In this document: one piece after another, positions 1 through 10,183 of the stretch
Layout: every line of letters starts with the position of its first letter
How positions within the stretch are numbered: the stretch's first letter is position 1
Source of the DNA: Nitrospinaceae bacterium
Lineage (GTDB): Bacteria; Nitrospinota; Nitrospinia; Nitrospinales; Nitrospinaceae
NCBI GenBank assembly: GCA_965223665.1
Contig: OZ245011.1
Span: forward strand, 1,888,001 to 1,952,000
Length of the DNA stretch: 64,000 nt
Direction of reading: 5' to 3'
The notes under the pieces: model-generated
The model's database searches: none
What the model was told of the DNA's origin: nothing
The model's input: the letters and a program-made list of their open reading frames with translations, nothing else
Program-made: the position numbers and the translations under genes

Positions 1-59
1 TTCCATAAACCTGAAAACGTATTGGGCAATTCTTCAAGTGATTTCGTTAATTCATTCAT
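1..59 (-). CDS. 5' end of a probable gene running off the window edge (MNELTKSLEELPNTFSGLW...)
   Basis: ATG at 59 with AGGTG RBS-like site upstream; frame open to position 1; co-oriented with the upstream MscS gene. Confidence 0.4.
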   Translation of the reverse strand, partial: MNELTKSLEELPNTFSGLW

Positions 60-229
60 GGTGGGCACCTATATAAATTTTTTAATATCAATCAGTCCAT
101 TTGAAGTCGATTTGACATTTATTGGATAATCCCTGTTTAAAATCGGTTCAACAATTATTGGATACACTAAACAATTTTTGACTTTAGAACTTTGGAGCCG
201 ATATAGAGGAACGAGAAAAAAGCTAAAAC

Positions 230-1195
230 TTAATCGAAAGATTCGAGATCCTTTTTTATATGTAGATCGCGTTGCGGGAATGGAATCGAAATATTATGCT
301 CTTTAAATTTTTTCCAAATGGAAAACATGACTTCACTTTGAGGGGTGTAGCGGCCTTTGGTGACATCTTCCACCCAGAAATAAAGTAAAAAGTTCACCGA
401 GCTGTCCCCAAACTCGCGCAAAAAACATACCGGTTTAGGGTCCTGCATGCACCGTGGGTGTTCGCTTGCCGCTTCTATCATGAGCTCGCGCGCCTTTTCA
501 ATATCAGAATTGTAGGAGACTCCCACAGTAAAAGCGATCCTTCCTTTGGAGTTATTAAACGTCCAGTTGGTGACGCGGTTTGCAATAAAATCTTCATTAG
601 GGATCATAACCTCTTTGCCGTCGAACGTTTCAATCAAAGTGAACCGCGCGCCTGTTTTTCTGATAAACCCGTATACCGTGTCATGCACTTCCACCAGGTC
701 CCCGTTCTCAATGGATTTTTCAAATAACAGAATCAACCCGCTGATGAAGTTTGAAGTGATTTTTTGCAGACCAAAACCGATACCGATGCCGATGGCTCCG
801 CTAAAAATCGCAAGCGAGGTTAAATCGATTCCCAGAATTTCCAACGCCACAATGAACGCTATGAAGTAAATCAGAATCTGCGCAATTTTGATGAAGAGCG
901 CCTTATTGCCTTCTCTCATGGATTGAACCGATTGAATTCTTTTTTCCAGAAATTCGGAGAGAATGCCCGTGGCCCAAATCAGTAAAATCAGAATCAAAAA
1001 AAACTTGGTTACAATGTAAACAGAAAACCGTGCATCGCCAACACGAAAAGACAACGCCTCGGAATCCAGAAACTCTTTGATCGGCTGAAGGTAATCTAAA
1101 AACCCCAACGCCAAAAACCCAAGAGCAAACAACGCCAATAACAACTTAGCCACCCATGCACGGGGTTTCAGTAAGGATATCCAGGTTTCATTCAT
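230..1195 (-). CDS. mscS: Small-conductance mechanosensitive channel (MscS family)
   Basis: N-terminal TM helices; GAIGIGIGFGLQKITSNFISGLILLFE and GDLVEV; IPNEDF...VTNW; FGDSSVNF; C-terminal IPFPQRDLH. Confidence 0.93.
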   Translation of the reverse strand: MNETWISLLKPRAWVAKLLLALFALGFLALGFLDYLQPIKEFLDSEALSFRVGDARFSVYIVTKFFLILILLIWATGILSEFLEKRIQSVQSMREGNKALFIKIAQILIYFIAFIVALEILGIDLTSLAIFSGAIGIGIGFGLQKITSNFISGLILLFEKSIENGDLVEVHDTVYGFIRKTGARFTLIETFDGKEVMIPNEDFIANRVTNWTFNNSKGRIAFTVGVSYNSDIEKARELMIEAASEHPRCMQDPKPVCFLREFGDSSVNFLLYFWVEDVTKGRYTPQSEVMFSIWKKFKEHNISIPFPQRDLHIKKDLESFD

Positions 1196-1410
1196 GATTT
1201 ATTAACTATAAAAAAAGAACCAAAAGGAATAAATGATGTTTTCGAATTCAATTCCGTTTATCAACGTCAGATAACATTAAAATCAAACACTCGCATCAAT
1301 CGCATTGATTATACATTTGAAATTCCAAAACTCACAATGAAAGTAATGCATGTTGAAAAACGAGAGCCCCGAGCGAGTTTTTTCATATAAGATCAATCTT
1401 TAACGGAAAT

Positions 1411-2256
1411 TTAAATTTTAGAAAAGGAGATATTGTAAGAGAGGGTGGATTGGGCGTCAGTGCCACGGAAATTGCCTGTGGTAGGGGCCGCCAGGCCAGG
1501 GTGCGCTGCGGAGGCGAGTGCTATATGACGATCAGTCACGGCCAGTCCGTGGGACGGATCAAACCCACGCCATCCACCACCGGGGAGAAACACTTCGGCC
1601 CAGCCATGGAGTTCCGGAGGTTCGGCTTCGTCTTCCACAAAATAGTATCCGCTGGTGAACCGGCTGGCCAACCCGATGGATCGGCACGCATCCATAAACA
1701 ACACAGAGAGGTCTCGGCATGCACCTTTCTTTTCCCGAAAAACGGTTTCGGGCAATTCCGGGTTCCCTTCATGGCGCAGTTCCAGTTTAAAGTTTTTATG
1801 AATTTCTTCTGCCAGTTTTCCCAGAAACAAAAGTGGATCTTGTCCCACTTCCTTTAATAGTGATTTTGCAAACTCGTCGACTGCGGAAGATGGATGCTGT
1901 CGCGTTAAGTACGTAGCCAACGTATCTACATATGACGTCGAATAGGTAAAAGGAACCTTTAAGAACTCCGGATTAATTAAAATAAAATCATAGGGATTGG
2001 TCTTCAATGTTTCGACTTCGGAGTTGGCGGTGATGGACAACGTGGACGTCAAGCCCTGAAACCACAGACACGTAGCGGTGGTTCCTTCAAGGTCAGTGAT
2101 TTCCGCCTGGCCCTGCGGCGTAGGTTTCACTGTCATCTTGAATTGGTGGAGCTGTTGCCAGACATCGGTGCGTGGGCGCAGTCGAACGGTTAGCGGTTCG
2201 AGAAAAATTTCTTTAGTGTAAGTGTAACTCAGTCGATGTTCTATTTTAAAACGCAT
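1411..2256 (-). CDS. Transglutaminase-like protein (bacterial transglutaminase N-terminal domain plus catalytic core)
   Basis: MRFKIEHRLSYTY...LRLRPR-type N-terminus; catalytic triad motifs GACRD (Cys), LHGWAEV (His), GWRGFDP (Asp). Confidence 0.93.
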   Translation of the reverse strand: MRFKIEHRLSYTYTKEIFLEPLTVRLRPRTDVWQQLHQFKMTVKPTPQGQAEITDLEGTTATCLWFQGLTSTLSITANSEVETLKTNPYDFILINPEFLKVPFTYSTSYVDTLATYLTRQHPSSAVDEFAKSLLKEVGQDPLLFLGKLAEEIHKNFKLELRHEGNPELPETVFREKKGACRDLSVLFMDACRSIGLASRFTSGYYFVEDEAEPPELHGWAEVFLPGGGWRGFDPSHGLAVTDRHIALASAAHPGLAAPTTGNFRGTDAQSTLSYNISFSKI

Positions 2257-2274
2257 GCAATTGCGTTCCCCTCC

Positions 2275-2997
2275 TTAAGACTTTCCGAAGATGTCATCAA
2301 TCCAGTCTGCAGGTAATTCATCGAGAGAATGGCGCACTCGACTCTGCCACCACTCAGACACATTCAATAAATCTTCCTTTTCGTATTCATGCAGAATCAT
2401 ATGATTGGAGTCTTTTCTATAGAACACCACATTGATGGGAAAGTCCACGTTACTGGAGCAGCGACGGGTTGCATCAAACGCCAGAAACGCAGCCTTGACC
2501 GCCATCACCATACTGGAATCATAGTTCAGCACCAGGTCAAGCAGCGGTTTGCCGTATCCGGATTCTCCAATGATCTGATAAGGTGTTTCCGGGGTGACTT
2601 CCACCCAGTTGGCCTGCGGATAAACAAGATATAGCTTGTGCTCCTCATCTTCTTCAAGTTGGCCTCCTACTATGGAGTTCAAATCAAACACCAGGCCACT
2701 TTCATGGAGGGCGTTTTTGTCTTCGCGAGCCACCTTGCGGATCTGTTCCGACAAATGGTTCACTGCCTTATAAGTTTTTTTCAGGTGAGGATCGGAGTTG
2801 TGTGGATGTTCTTCAAAGTAGGTCACCGCTTTATCTCGAACAGAACGGAGCCCGGAGGTCATCAAAAATAATTGATGTTTTCCCTGTTCATGCAATGAAA
2901 CCTTACGGGCAGTGGCAACCTCCGATCCCGTGGTCAAACGACTGTCAGAAAGGGCCACCAGACCGCCCTCCACTTTTATGGCAATACAAAATGTCAT
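2275..2997 (-). CDS. anbu: Proteasome-type NTN peptidase (Anbu-like)
   Basis: N-terminal MTFCIA gives Thr1 nucleophile; SDSRLTTG; YLVYPQANW; QIGESGYGKP; canonical operon context. Confidence 0.88.
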   Translation of the reverse strand: MTFCIAIKVEGGLVALSDSRLTTGSEVATARKVSLHEQGKHQLFLMTSGLRSVRDKAVTYFEEHPHNSDPHLKKTYKAVNHLSEQIRKVAREDKNALHESGLVFDLNSIVGGQLEEDEEHKLYLVYPQANWVEVTPETPYQIIGESGYGKPLLDLVLNYDSSMVMAVKAAFLAFDATRRCSSNVDFPINVVFYRKDSNHMILHEYEKEDLLNVSEWWQSRVRHSLDELPADWIDDIFGKS

Positions 2998-3018
2998 GTG
3001 AACTCTCTCCGAAAAAAA

Positions 3019-3987
3019 CTATTTTGATAGGTACATTTGGGGAACAAAGTAGGTTTCGTGGATAGCATCGAGAACTAAATTCAATTCTTCCTGAATTTCA
3101 TCAATGTACTCATGCAAACCGGTTTGAATCACTTCTTCGACCACAGAATAATTGAGTTTAGCGCGTAACTTTCCAAGTCGACGTTCCGGCAAGCTATTCT
3201 GCGAACCTCCCGAATGAGCAGCTACAGAATAAAGGGAACGGTACGCCATGGCAATACAATGTAGAATAGATCTCGGAAACTGCGGGTCCAGCATTAAAAA
3301 TTCAACCACGTTACTGGGTGAAATTTGCCGATACTTTTTCCGATATGCTTCCAGGCCGCTGGTGGATTTCAAGAGTGCCGCCCACTGGATTTTATCCAGC
3401 GCGGAACCGACAAGGTCCACTCGCGGTAATAATAAAAAATATTTTACGTCTAAAATTCTTGAGGTTTTATCCGCCCGTTCCAGGTAGCGTCCCAATTGCA
3501 CGAAATCCCATTCTTCGCCTTGGTTCATCGTGGCGTTAGTGACTCCGGCAAACAAATGGCAATCCATTTTAATTTGTTTGAAAAAGTGGGGGCTGTCTTC
3601 AAATCCTCGATTACTCGTTTCTGCCGCTTTACGAACCATCAGGTAGAGTTTGTTAACCTGTTCCCACATTTCTGATGAGATAATTTCCCGAATGGACCGC
3701 GCGTTTTCTCGGGCTGCGATTAAGCAGGACAGAATGGAATTAGGGTAATCCCCATCGAACGTATGAAAATGAATAACGTTCTCGGCGTTGGCCTCTTTAT
3801 ATTTTTCTTTGAAATAGACTTCGTCTCCGGTGATGTTGATCAACGGTTCCCACGGGTTTCCAAATTGAGACTCTCGTGGTAAATCCAGGAGCATGGAAAG
3901 GTTAACATCAATGAACCGAGCGGCGTTTTCCGCCCGCTCTAAATAAGAGCTCATCCAGAATAAAGAATTTGCCACACGACACAGCAT
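3019..3987 (-). CDS. Alpha-E domain protein (DUF403)
   Basis: MLCRVANSLFWMSSYLERAEN; ARENARSIRE; second ER motif LGRYLERADKTSRILDVKY; FPRSI. Confidence 0.93.
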   Translation of the reverse strand: MLCRVANSLFWMSSYLERAENAARFIDVNLSMLLDLPRESQFGNPWEPLINITGDEVYFKEKYKEANAENVIHFHTFDGDYPNSILSCLIAARENARSIREIISSEMWEQVNKLYLMVRKAAETSNRGFEDSPHFFKQIKMDCHLFAGVTNATMNQGEEWDFVQLGRYLERADKTSRILDVKYFLLLPRVDLVGSALDKIQWAALLKSTSGLEAYRKKYRQISPSNVVEFLMLDPQFPRSILHCIAMAYRSLYSVAAHSGGSQNSLPERRLGKLRAKLNYSVVEEVIQTGLHEYIDEIQEELNLVLDAIHETYFVPQMYLSK

Positions 3988-4067
3988 TTTAAAATAGGAC
4001 TCCTATCTTAATATTCCTTTGAGACCTCGATCGAAACCCAAAACTTTTATTTTTAACGAAACAACTC

Positions 4068-5501
4068 TCATTCATACAATACCCAAGTGTCTTTACTGCC
4101 GCCGCCCTGTGAAGAATTTACAATCAGCGATCCTTTTTTTAAAGCGACCCGCGTCAAGCCACCCGGGATCACCTGAATTTCTTCCCCGTATAGTATAAAA
4201 GGTCGAAAATCGACATGTCTTGGCTCAAAGTGATCGTCTACAATCACCGGTGCGCGGGAAAGCGAAATGACAGGTTGCGCAATATAACTTCTGGGACTCG
4301 CTTTAATTTTCTCCGCAAACTCATCCTGCTCTTCTTTTGTAGAACTCGGACCCATCAGCATTCCATACCCACCCGATTCCGCCACTGCCTTGACCACCAA
4401 CTGATCCAGGTTTTCCAGAACATGCTGGCGTTCGCTATCAATTACACAGCGATAAGTGGGGACATTAGGAATAATCGCGTCCTCTCCCATGTAATACTTG
4501 ATGATGTCTGGAACGTAAGAATAAATCAGTTTATCATCGGCCACGCCCAGCCCCGGTGCATTCACCAAAGCCACACGACCTTCTTTATAAACTTTCATTA
4601 ACCCCGGGACACCCAATAATGAATCGGGGTTAAACACTTCGGGATCAATAAACTCATCATCTACCCGTCGATAAATAGTATCCACCTTTACGAGTCCTTT
4701 GGTGGTTTGCATATAAACAAACCTGTCTTTTACGACAAGATCACTTCCTTCCACCAGTTCTTCCCCCATGCTTTGTGCCAGAAAGGAATGTTCAAAATAT
4801 GCGGAATTATAAATTCCCGGTGTGAGCACTACCGAACTGGGGTAGGTGGCGGTGTCTGAAGAAAGGAAATATAAAAGGTCCAACAAACGACTGGTGTAAT
4901 CTTCCACCGGTTGAATTTGTAGGGTTTCAAAAACTTTAGGAAACGTCTGCTTTTGGATTTGGCGGTTGCCGAGCACATAGGACACTCCGGACGGACAGCG
5001 TAAATTATCTTCGAGTACCATAAACTGACCTTGCCGGTCACGAATGAGATCGATACCGCTAATGTGACACCAAATTCCTTTTGGAGGATTGATGCCCACG
5101 CATTCAGGGAGAAATCCTTTGCAGGACAAAATAATTTCCTCGGGAATCACTTTGTCTTTGATGATTTTTTGCTCGTGATAAATATCGTTTACGAATTGAT
5201 TGAGGGCATAAACCCTTTGCTTGAGTCCCGGCACCAACTTTCCCCAGGTAGCTCCATCAATGATGCGAGGGATAATATCGAACGGAAAAATTTTTTCGAC
5301 CCCTTGAGAGTCGGCATACACGTTAAAGGTACTTCCCAATTGCATGAGAGCCGATTCCGCAGTGGCTTGCCGATTGATTAACCCTTGCACTGGAAGATCG
5401 TTGATGCGCTCCACAAGGGGAAGGACCCACGGGTAAGGTTTTCCGGGGGATTCAAAGAATTCATCAAAAAAATCTCCAGGGTCATAAGAATTGAAATTCA
5501 T
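4068..5501 (-). CDS. Circularly permuted type 2 ATP-grasp protein
   Basis: FPFDIIPR, GIDLIR, VLEDNLRCPSGVSY, LTPGIYNSAYFEH, YRRVDD, GGLTRVAL...VNSSQGGGSKDTWV; start placed at ATG 5501 behind AGGA. Confidence 0.94.
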   Translation of the reverse strand: MNFNSYDPGDFFDEFFESPGKPYPWVLPLVERINDLPVQGLINRQATAESALMQLGSTFNVYADSQGVEKIFPFDIIPRIIDGATWGKLVPGLKQRVYALNQFVNDIYHEQKIIKDKVIPEEIILSCKGFLPECVGINPPKGIWCHISGIDLIRDRQGQFMVLEDNLRCPSGVSYVLGNRQIQKQTFPKVFETLQIQPVEDYTSRLLDLLYFLSSDTATYPSSVVLTPGIYNSAYFEHSFLAQSMGEELVEGSDLVVKDRFVYMQTTKGLVKVDTIYRRVDDEFIDPEVFNPDSLLGVPGLMKVYKEGRVALVNAPGLGVADDKLIYSYVPDIIKYYMGEDAIIPNVPTYRCVIDSERQHVLENLDQLVVKAVAESGGYGMLMGPSSTKEEQDEFAEKIKASPRSYIAQPVISLSRAPVIVDDHFEPRHVDFRPFILYGEEIQVIPGGLTRVALKKGSLIVNSSQGGGSKDTWVLYE

Positions 5502-5722
5502 ATATTTCCTAAAGCAAGGCCCCATGAAAAAGGAACCTTTGAGCCAAACGAACAATAAAGAGGTGTGCGCTCCCCTAAAAAAACTGTCCTATTATACAGG
5601 ATTCATTATTCTAAAACCTACAATATTAAATTAGAAAAACTCTAAAAAATTGATGAATTCAGAAAACTGGTTAGAACCCAACGCGCCGAAATTCAGGAAA
5701 AGAAAAATAATCTTTAATCCAT

Positions 5723-7455
5723 TCAATACCCTAGCGTGAGGGCGCCGGGTTTGCGTGGATCCGACGCGCCAAAAAACATTCCCTTCCGGCGAACAATCGA
5801 TTGCGACGATCCCATTGCGTTTTTCTCCACGAGGTTGTGCCCCATTTGTTTTAAGCGTTCCAGCGTGTCGGGACTCAACCCCTTCTCCACCCGAAGCTCA
5901 TCCGGAATCCACTGATGATGAATCCGCCTCGCATGTGTGGCTTCGGCGATGTTCATTTTATGATCGATCACGTTAATGAGGATTTGCAACACGGTATTAA
6001 TAATGCGCGGACCTCCCGGACTGCCGGTCGCGAGAAACGGTTTACCATCTTTGAGAACAATCGTAGGTGACATGGAACTGAGCGGACGTTTTTTGGGGTG
6101 AATCGCGTTGGCTTCTCCGCCAACCAGACCAAAGCCATTCATCGCTCCCGGTTTGGCAGAAAAATCATCCATCTCATTATTCATTAGAATCCCGGTACCT
6201 TCTGCAACAATACCGGACCCGAAACTAAAGTTAAGGGTGGTGGTATTGCTCACCACATTACCGAACCGGTCCATCACCGTAAAGTGCGTGGTCTCATCGC
6301 TCTCATAACGGCTTGGCGTTCCCGGACGAATTTCAGATGAAGGTCGCGCCTTCTGTGGGTCAATAGTACTCCGCAGTTGCCGCGCATACGTTTTGGAAAG
6401 CAGTCCTTTCGTCGGAACCGTCCACCAGTCGGGATCTCCTAAAAATTTACTGCGATCGGCAAATGCCAGCTTCATCGATTCCGCCATCAGGTGCAATACG
6501 CTGGAACTGTTCGGTCCCATGGCTGCCAAAGGATAACCCTCCAGAATGTTCAGCATTTGAATGATGTGAATGCCGCCGGAACTGGGAGGCGACATGCCGA
6601 TGACTTCATAACCGCGATACGTGCCGCGAACCGGCTCTCGAACCGCAATGTGATAATTTTTCAGATCTTCTTTGGTGATCAGTCCCCCGTTCTTTTCCAT
6701 AGAAGCTACAATTTTGTCGGCAACAGCTCCTTCATAAAACGCTTTCGGTCCATGCTCCGCAATCTGCCGTAACGACCACGCCAGATCCTTAAACACCATG
6801 CGTTCTCCCACCTGATACACCGATCCATCCTCTTTATAAAAATCCGGCGCGTTTCCGGCCACCGCTGCAATCGTTTTTTCCCATTGGAAAACGTGAACAC
6901 ATGATCTTTGTTAACTACGAGACCTTCCTCAGCGATTTTAATGGCAGGCGCCATGACACGCTTCAGCGAAAACGTCCCGTACTGTTTTAAAACATGCGCC
7001 AGCCCGGCCACCGAACCCGGAACTCCTATCGCCAGGAAACTGTATTGAGATAATTCGGAATCGACCTGCCCTTCTTTGTTCACGTACATATCCACCGTAG
7101 CTTTGAGCGGTGCCATCTCACGGTAATCGATTGCCACAGTTTTGCCGGTGTCCGCGAGGTGCACCAGCATGAATCCTCCACCACCCAGATTGCCCGCGCG
7201 TGGTAACGTGACCGCCAGCGTGAACGCCACTGCCACCGCCGCATCCACCGCGTTGCCACCGTCCTTAAGAATTTGCACACCGACCCGAGTGGCGATGGCC
7301 TCCTGACTGGCCACCATTCCCTGTGCCCCCGTAACCGGATGCACCACATCCTTCTGCGAATAAATCGCACTTTGCTGAGCCTCTGCAGAAACCGAAAACA
7401 AAAATGTAAAATGAAGCGCTAAAAAAACATCAAATATGGTTTTAGAACGAATCAT
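5723..7455 (-). pseudogene. ggt: Gamma-glutamyltranspeptidase split by a 1-nt frameshift (pseudogene or sequencing error)
   Basis: 5' ORF has a signal peptide, GGNAVDAAVA, GGGGF and IDYRE; 3' ORF has PPSSGG, ETTHF (autocatalytic Thr), LNNEMDDFS-like, RPLSSMSP, GSPGG and GASDPR; frames join at the A5 run 6838-6842. Confidence 0.9.
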
Positions 7456-7625
7456 AGTATTTCTCAAACGAAGTTCATACTACCCATGCAACCAAAACAG
7501 GCTTTCAATTAATAACACAAAATCACACCTTTTTAATTATATGGTTTTTTAGTTGGGCGTTGTATAAGTTTATTAGGGGTGTTAAGATTGCACCACAACT
7601 TTCCTCTTCTATATAGGAGGCACTT

Positions 7626-8114
7626 ATGTCAGGCCGAAATATTTTTATTCTTATTTTGGTGGCTATCGCAGCAGTGACTGGGTTGTTTTTGTCCGGGACC
7701 ATAGACCGTGTATTGTTTAAAAAAAGCGACGATGGGACCACTCTGGAAATCGATAAAAAATCTACGGAACCCGCAAACCACAAAGCCCCAACTTCAACTC
7801 CATCGACATCCACAACAATCACCAGTGAAAACAATGAAGGCATCATTCAGTCCGGCTCCGGTAACCAGGCCACCATCACTAACAACGATAATATAAACAT
7901 CGGAGATAACACCTCCGGCAACATTAATATTAACGGCAATCAAGTGGGAGACATCACTGGCAATACAGGCTCGATCCATGTGGGCGACAGCTTTGGCGGT
8001 GACAAAGTGATGGGCGACAAAATTGTCGGCGACACTCACATCAGCGGTAACGAAGTCAACGTGATTGAGGAAAACAAAGGCACTGTCAACATTGGTGGAA
8101 TTGAGTCTAAGTAA
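7626..8114 (+). CDS. Membrane-anchored protein with Thr/Ser linker and Asn/Gly/Asp/Ile-rich pseudo-repeat tail
   Basis: AGGAGG RBS; hydrophobic N-terminal helix; repeats such as INIGDN, GDITGN, GDKVMGDKIVGD. Confidence 0.8.
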   Translation: MSGRNIFILILVAIAAVTGLFLSGTIDRVLFKKSDDGTTLEIDKKSTEPANHKAPTSTPSTSTTITSENNEGIIQSGSGNQATITNNDNINIGDNTSGNININGNQVGDITGNTGSIHVGDSFGGDKVMGDKIVGDTHISGNEVNVIEENKGTVNIGGIESK

Positions 8115-8133
8115 TCCAGGGAACCACTGAATA

Positions 8134-9561
8134 ATGAAATCGTTACCACTCACTTCCTTATATATATACCTGCTCATCAGTTTGGTCTTATGTGGAACGC
8201 CGGGCCTTGGTCACGCTGAGGATAACTTCACTCAAATTAAAACACTGGCCAGCAAAAATATAAACAACGAAGGGATAATTCAGGAAGGAAAAGGCAACCA
8301 AGCGACCATTCACAATTTCAATGTAGACACACCGGAAGGATACGAAAGAAGTCCTGAAAAAAAAGAGAATAATCGCAACCGCGGGATCATTCAGCAGGGG
8401 GATTACAACATTGCCACGATTTACAATTTTAATATTGGAATCTCAGTCGAGGATTACGAGAAGGGTCTTCGCATTCAGCAAGCTAACTTTCAACAGCAAC
8501 TCAAAAACCTTCGACTCGACGAAAAACAAAAAGAATTAGAACTAAACGCAAGTTTGATGGCAGTCAACAAAAAACTATCCAATGTAAAAGCATCCTATGA
8601 CCAAACAGTTATCGAATTAAAAGCCACCAATAATGAATTGATCAAATTTAAAGATCAGTTATCCACCGAGGAATTAATCACCGCCCATGAAGCCTTGGAA
8701 AAGGGCGATACCCAACTAGCCAAGAAATTATTACAAACTGTAGCGGATAAAAGAGAAATACTGATTGAAGAAACCGCCAGCATTTATTTTCGACTGGGAA
8801 AACTGAATTTTGATGAAGTAAATTATCGTGAATCGTTGGAGAACTTTGAACGCGCGTCACAACTGGCCCCTGGAAACGCAGGGTATTTAAACGATACCGG
8901 CTTTCTATTTTACACCCTGGGTAATTTCGATGAAGCCATTCATTATTATGAAAAAGCCCTTAAGAAAGATTTTAAAAATTTCGGAGAGGATCATCCTCTG
9001 ATTGCCACACTTTGGAACAATCTGGGATTAGCCTGGCACAGCAAAGGCTACTATGATCAAGCCATTGAGTATTATAAGAAAGCCTTGGAAAGCGATCTCA
9101 AAAACTTTGGTGAGAATCATCCCAACGTTGCCATACGTTGGAACAACCTGGGATCGGCCTATGAGAGAAAAGGAGAACCCAATAGAGCAATTGAGTATTA
9201 TAAGAAAGCCCTGGCTATCAATCTCAAAATCTTCGGTAACACTCACCCCAATGTTACCACCAGTTGGAACAATCTGGGAACAGCCTGGCAGGCCAAAGGT
9301 AACCACGACAAAGCCATTGAGTATTTCGAAAAAGCCTTGGAAAACAATCTCAAAATCCTTGGCGCTGGGCACCCGCATGTAGCAGGAGCATGGAATAATC
9401 TGGGGGTAGCATTTGGTTTTAAGGGCGACTATGATAAAGCCATTTCTTATTTCGAAAAAGCCCTGCAAGCAGTCCAAAAAATGGGCTTAGAACATCGAGC
9501 TCTATTAATTAAACAAAACATCGAATTTTTAAAACTTCTAAGTTTAATTCCTCCGGAATAA
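8134..9561 (+). CDS. Secreted TPR-repeat protein with N-terminal curlin-like motifs and coiled coil
   Basis: Signal-peptide-like N-terminus; two GIIQxGxxNxATIxN motifs; coiled-coil segment; 42-aa repeats HPxVAxxWNNLGxAWxxKGxYDxAIEYYxKAL. Confidence 0.9.
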   Translation: MKSLPLTSLYIYLLISLVLCGTPGLGHAEDNFTQIKTLASKNINNEGIIQEGKGNQATIHNFNVDTPEGYERSPEKKENNRNRGIIQQGDYNIATIYNFNIGISVEDYEKGLRIQQANFQQQLKNLRLDEKQKELELNASLMAVNKKLSNVKASYDQTVIELKATNNELIKFKDQLSTEELITAHEALEKGDTQLAKKLLQTVADKREILIEETASIYFRLGKLNFDEVNYRESLENFERASQLAPGNAGYLNDTGFLFYTLGNFDEAIHYYEKALKKDFKNFGEDHPLIATLWNNLGLAWHSKGYYDQAIEYYKKALESDLKNFGENHPNVAIRWNNLGSAYERKGEPNRAIEYYKKALAINLKIFGNTHPNVTTSWNNLGTAWQAKGNHDKAIEYFEKALENNLKILGAGHPHVAGAWNNLGVAFGFKGDYDKAISYFEKALQAVQKMGLEHRALLIKQNIEFLKLLSLIPPE

Positions 9562-9804
9562 AAAAAGAAAACCATTTGGCATCCATATTCCTTCAAAGTT
9601 TATAATTGAGCTAAAGCCTTTTGCAATAAGGAGAAGTGAATCAAATTCTCCATTTAAATTATATTTTCAAAGACCACCTTTCATTATCCATCCTTTATAT
9701 ATAGACCCTTCTCAACCCACACACTCAAAACAGTTGAAGTTTCAAACTTTCGCACTTCTGCAATTTCCGGTGATAAACTTTGGGGCAAACCTGCCGATAG
9801 GTTA

Positions 9805-10023
9805 ATGAACCCAAACAAATCTATTATGGCGCATTATATTTCGACAACCTGTCCGCTTTGCGGAGCGACCACCAGTCTGGATGTCCCCAGGCAGCAAAGT
9901 CGGTTTCCCAGGAGCATCATCCGAATCCTCTGCCGCAGTTGTGGATTCCGTAAGGAATTCTTCATGCACCAATCCCCTATATATAGGAACCAACCCGTGA
10001 TTGAAAAAAGGGAATGGCTTTAG
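9805..10023 (+). CDS. Possible small zinc-ribbon protein
   Basis: CPLCG and CRSCG knuckles about 20 aa apart; weak RBS. Confidence 0.5.
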   Translation: MNPNKSIMAHYISTTCPLCGATTSLDVPRQQSRFPRSIIRILCRSCGFRKEFFMHQSPIYRNQPVIEKREWL

Positions 10024-10183
10024 GCAAGATAACTTTCCTCTTAAACTTCCCTTAATTTCTGCACCAATTCTACTCAAAATTTCCTGAAAATTTTCATTTG
10101 TCTTTTTTAATAAGAGCACTTACCCTGAATTTAGCTCTTAAAAAATAAAATCACACCTGTTTTTCTCATAGGAATCGTTATTC

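Noticed and set aside
8980-9470. 126-bp DNA repeats
   Set aside because: Explained by the 42-aa TPR coding repeats
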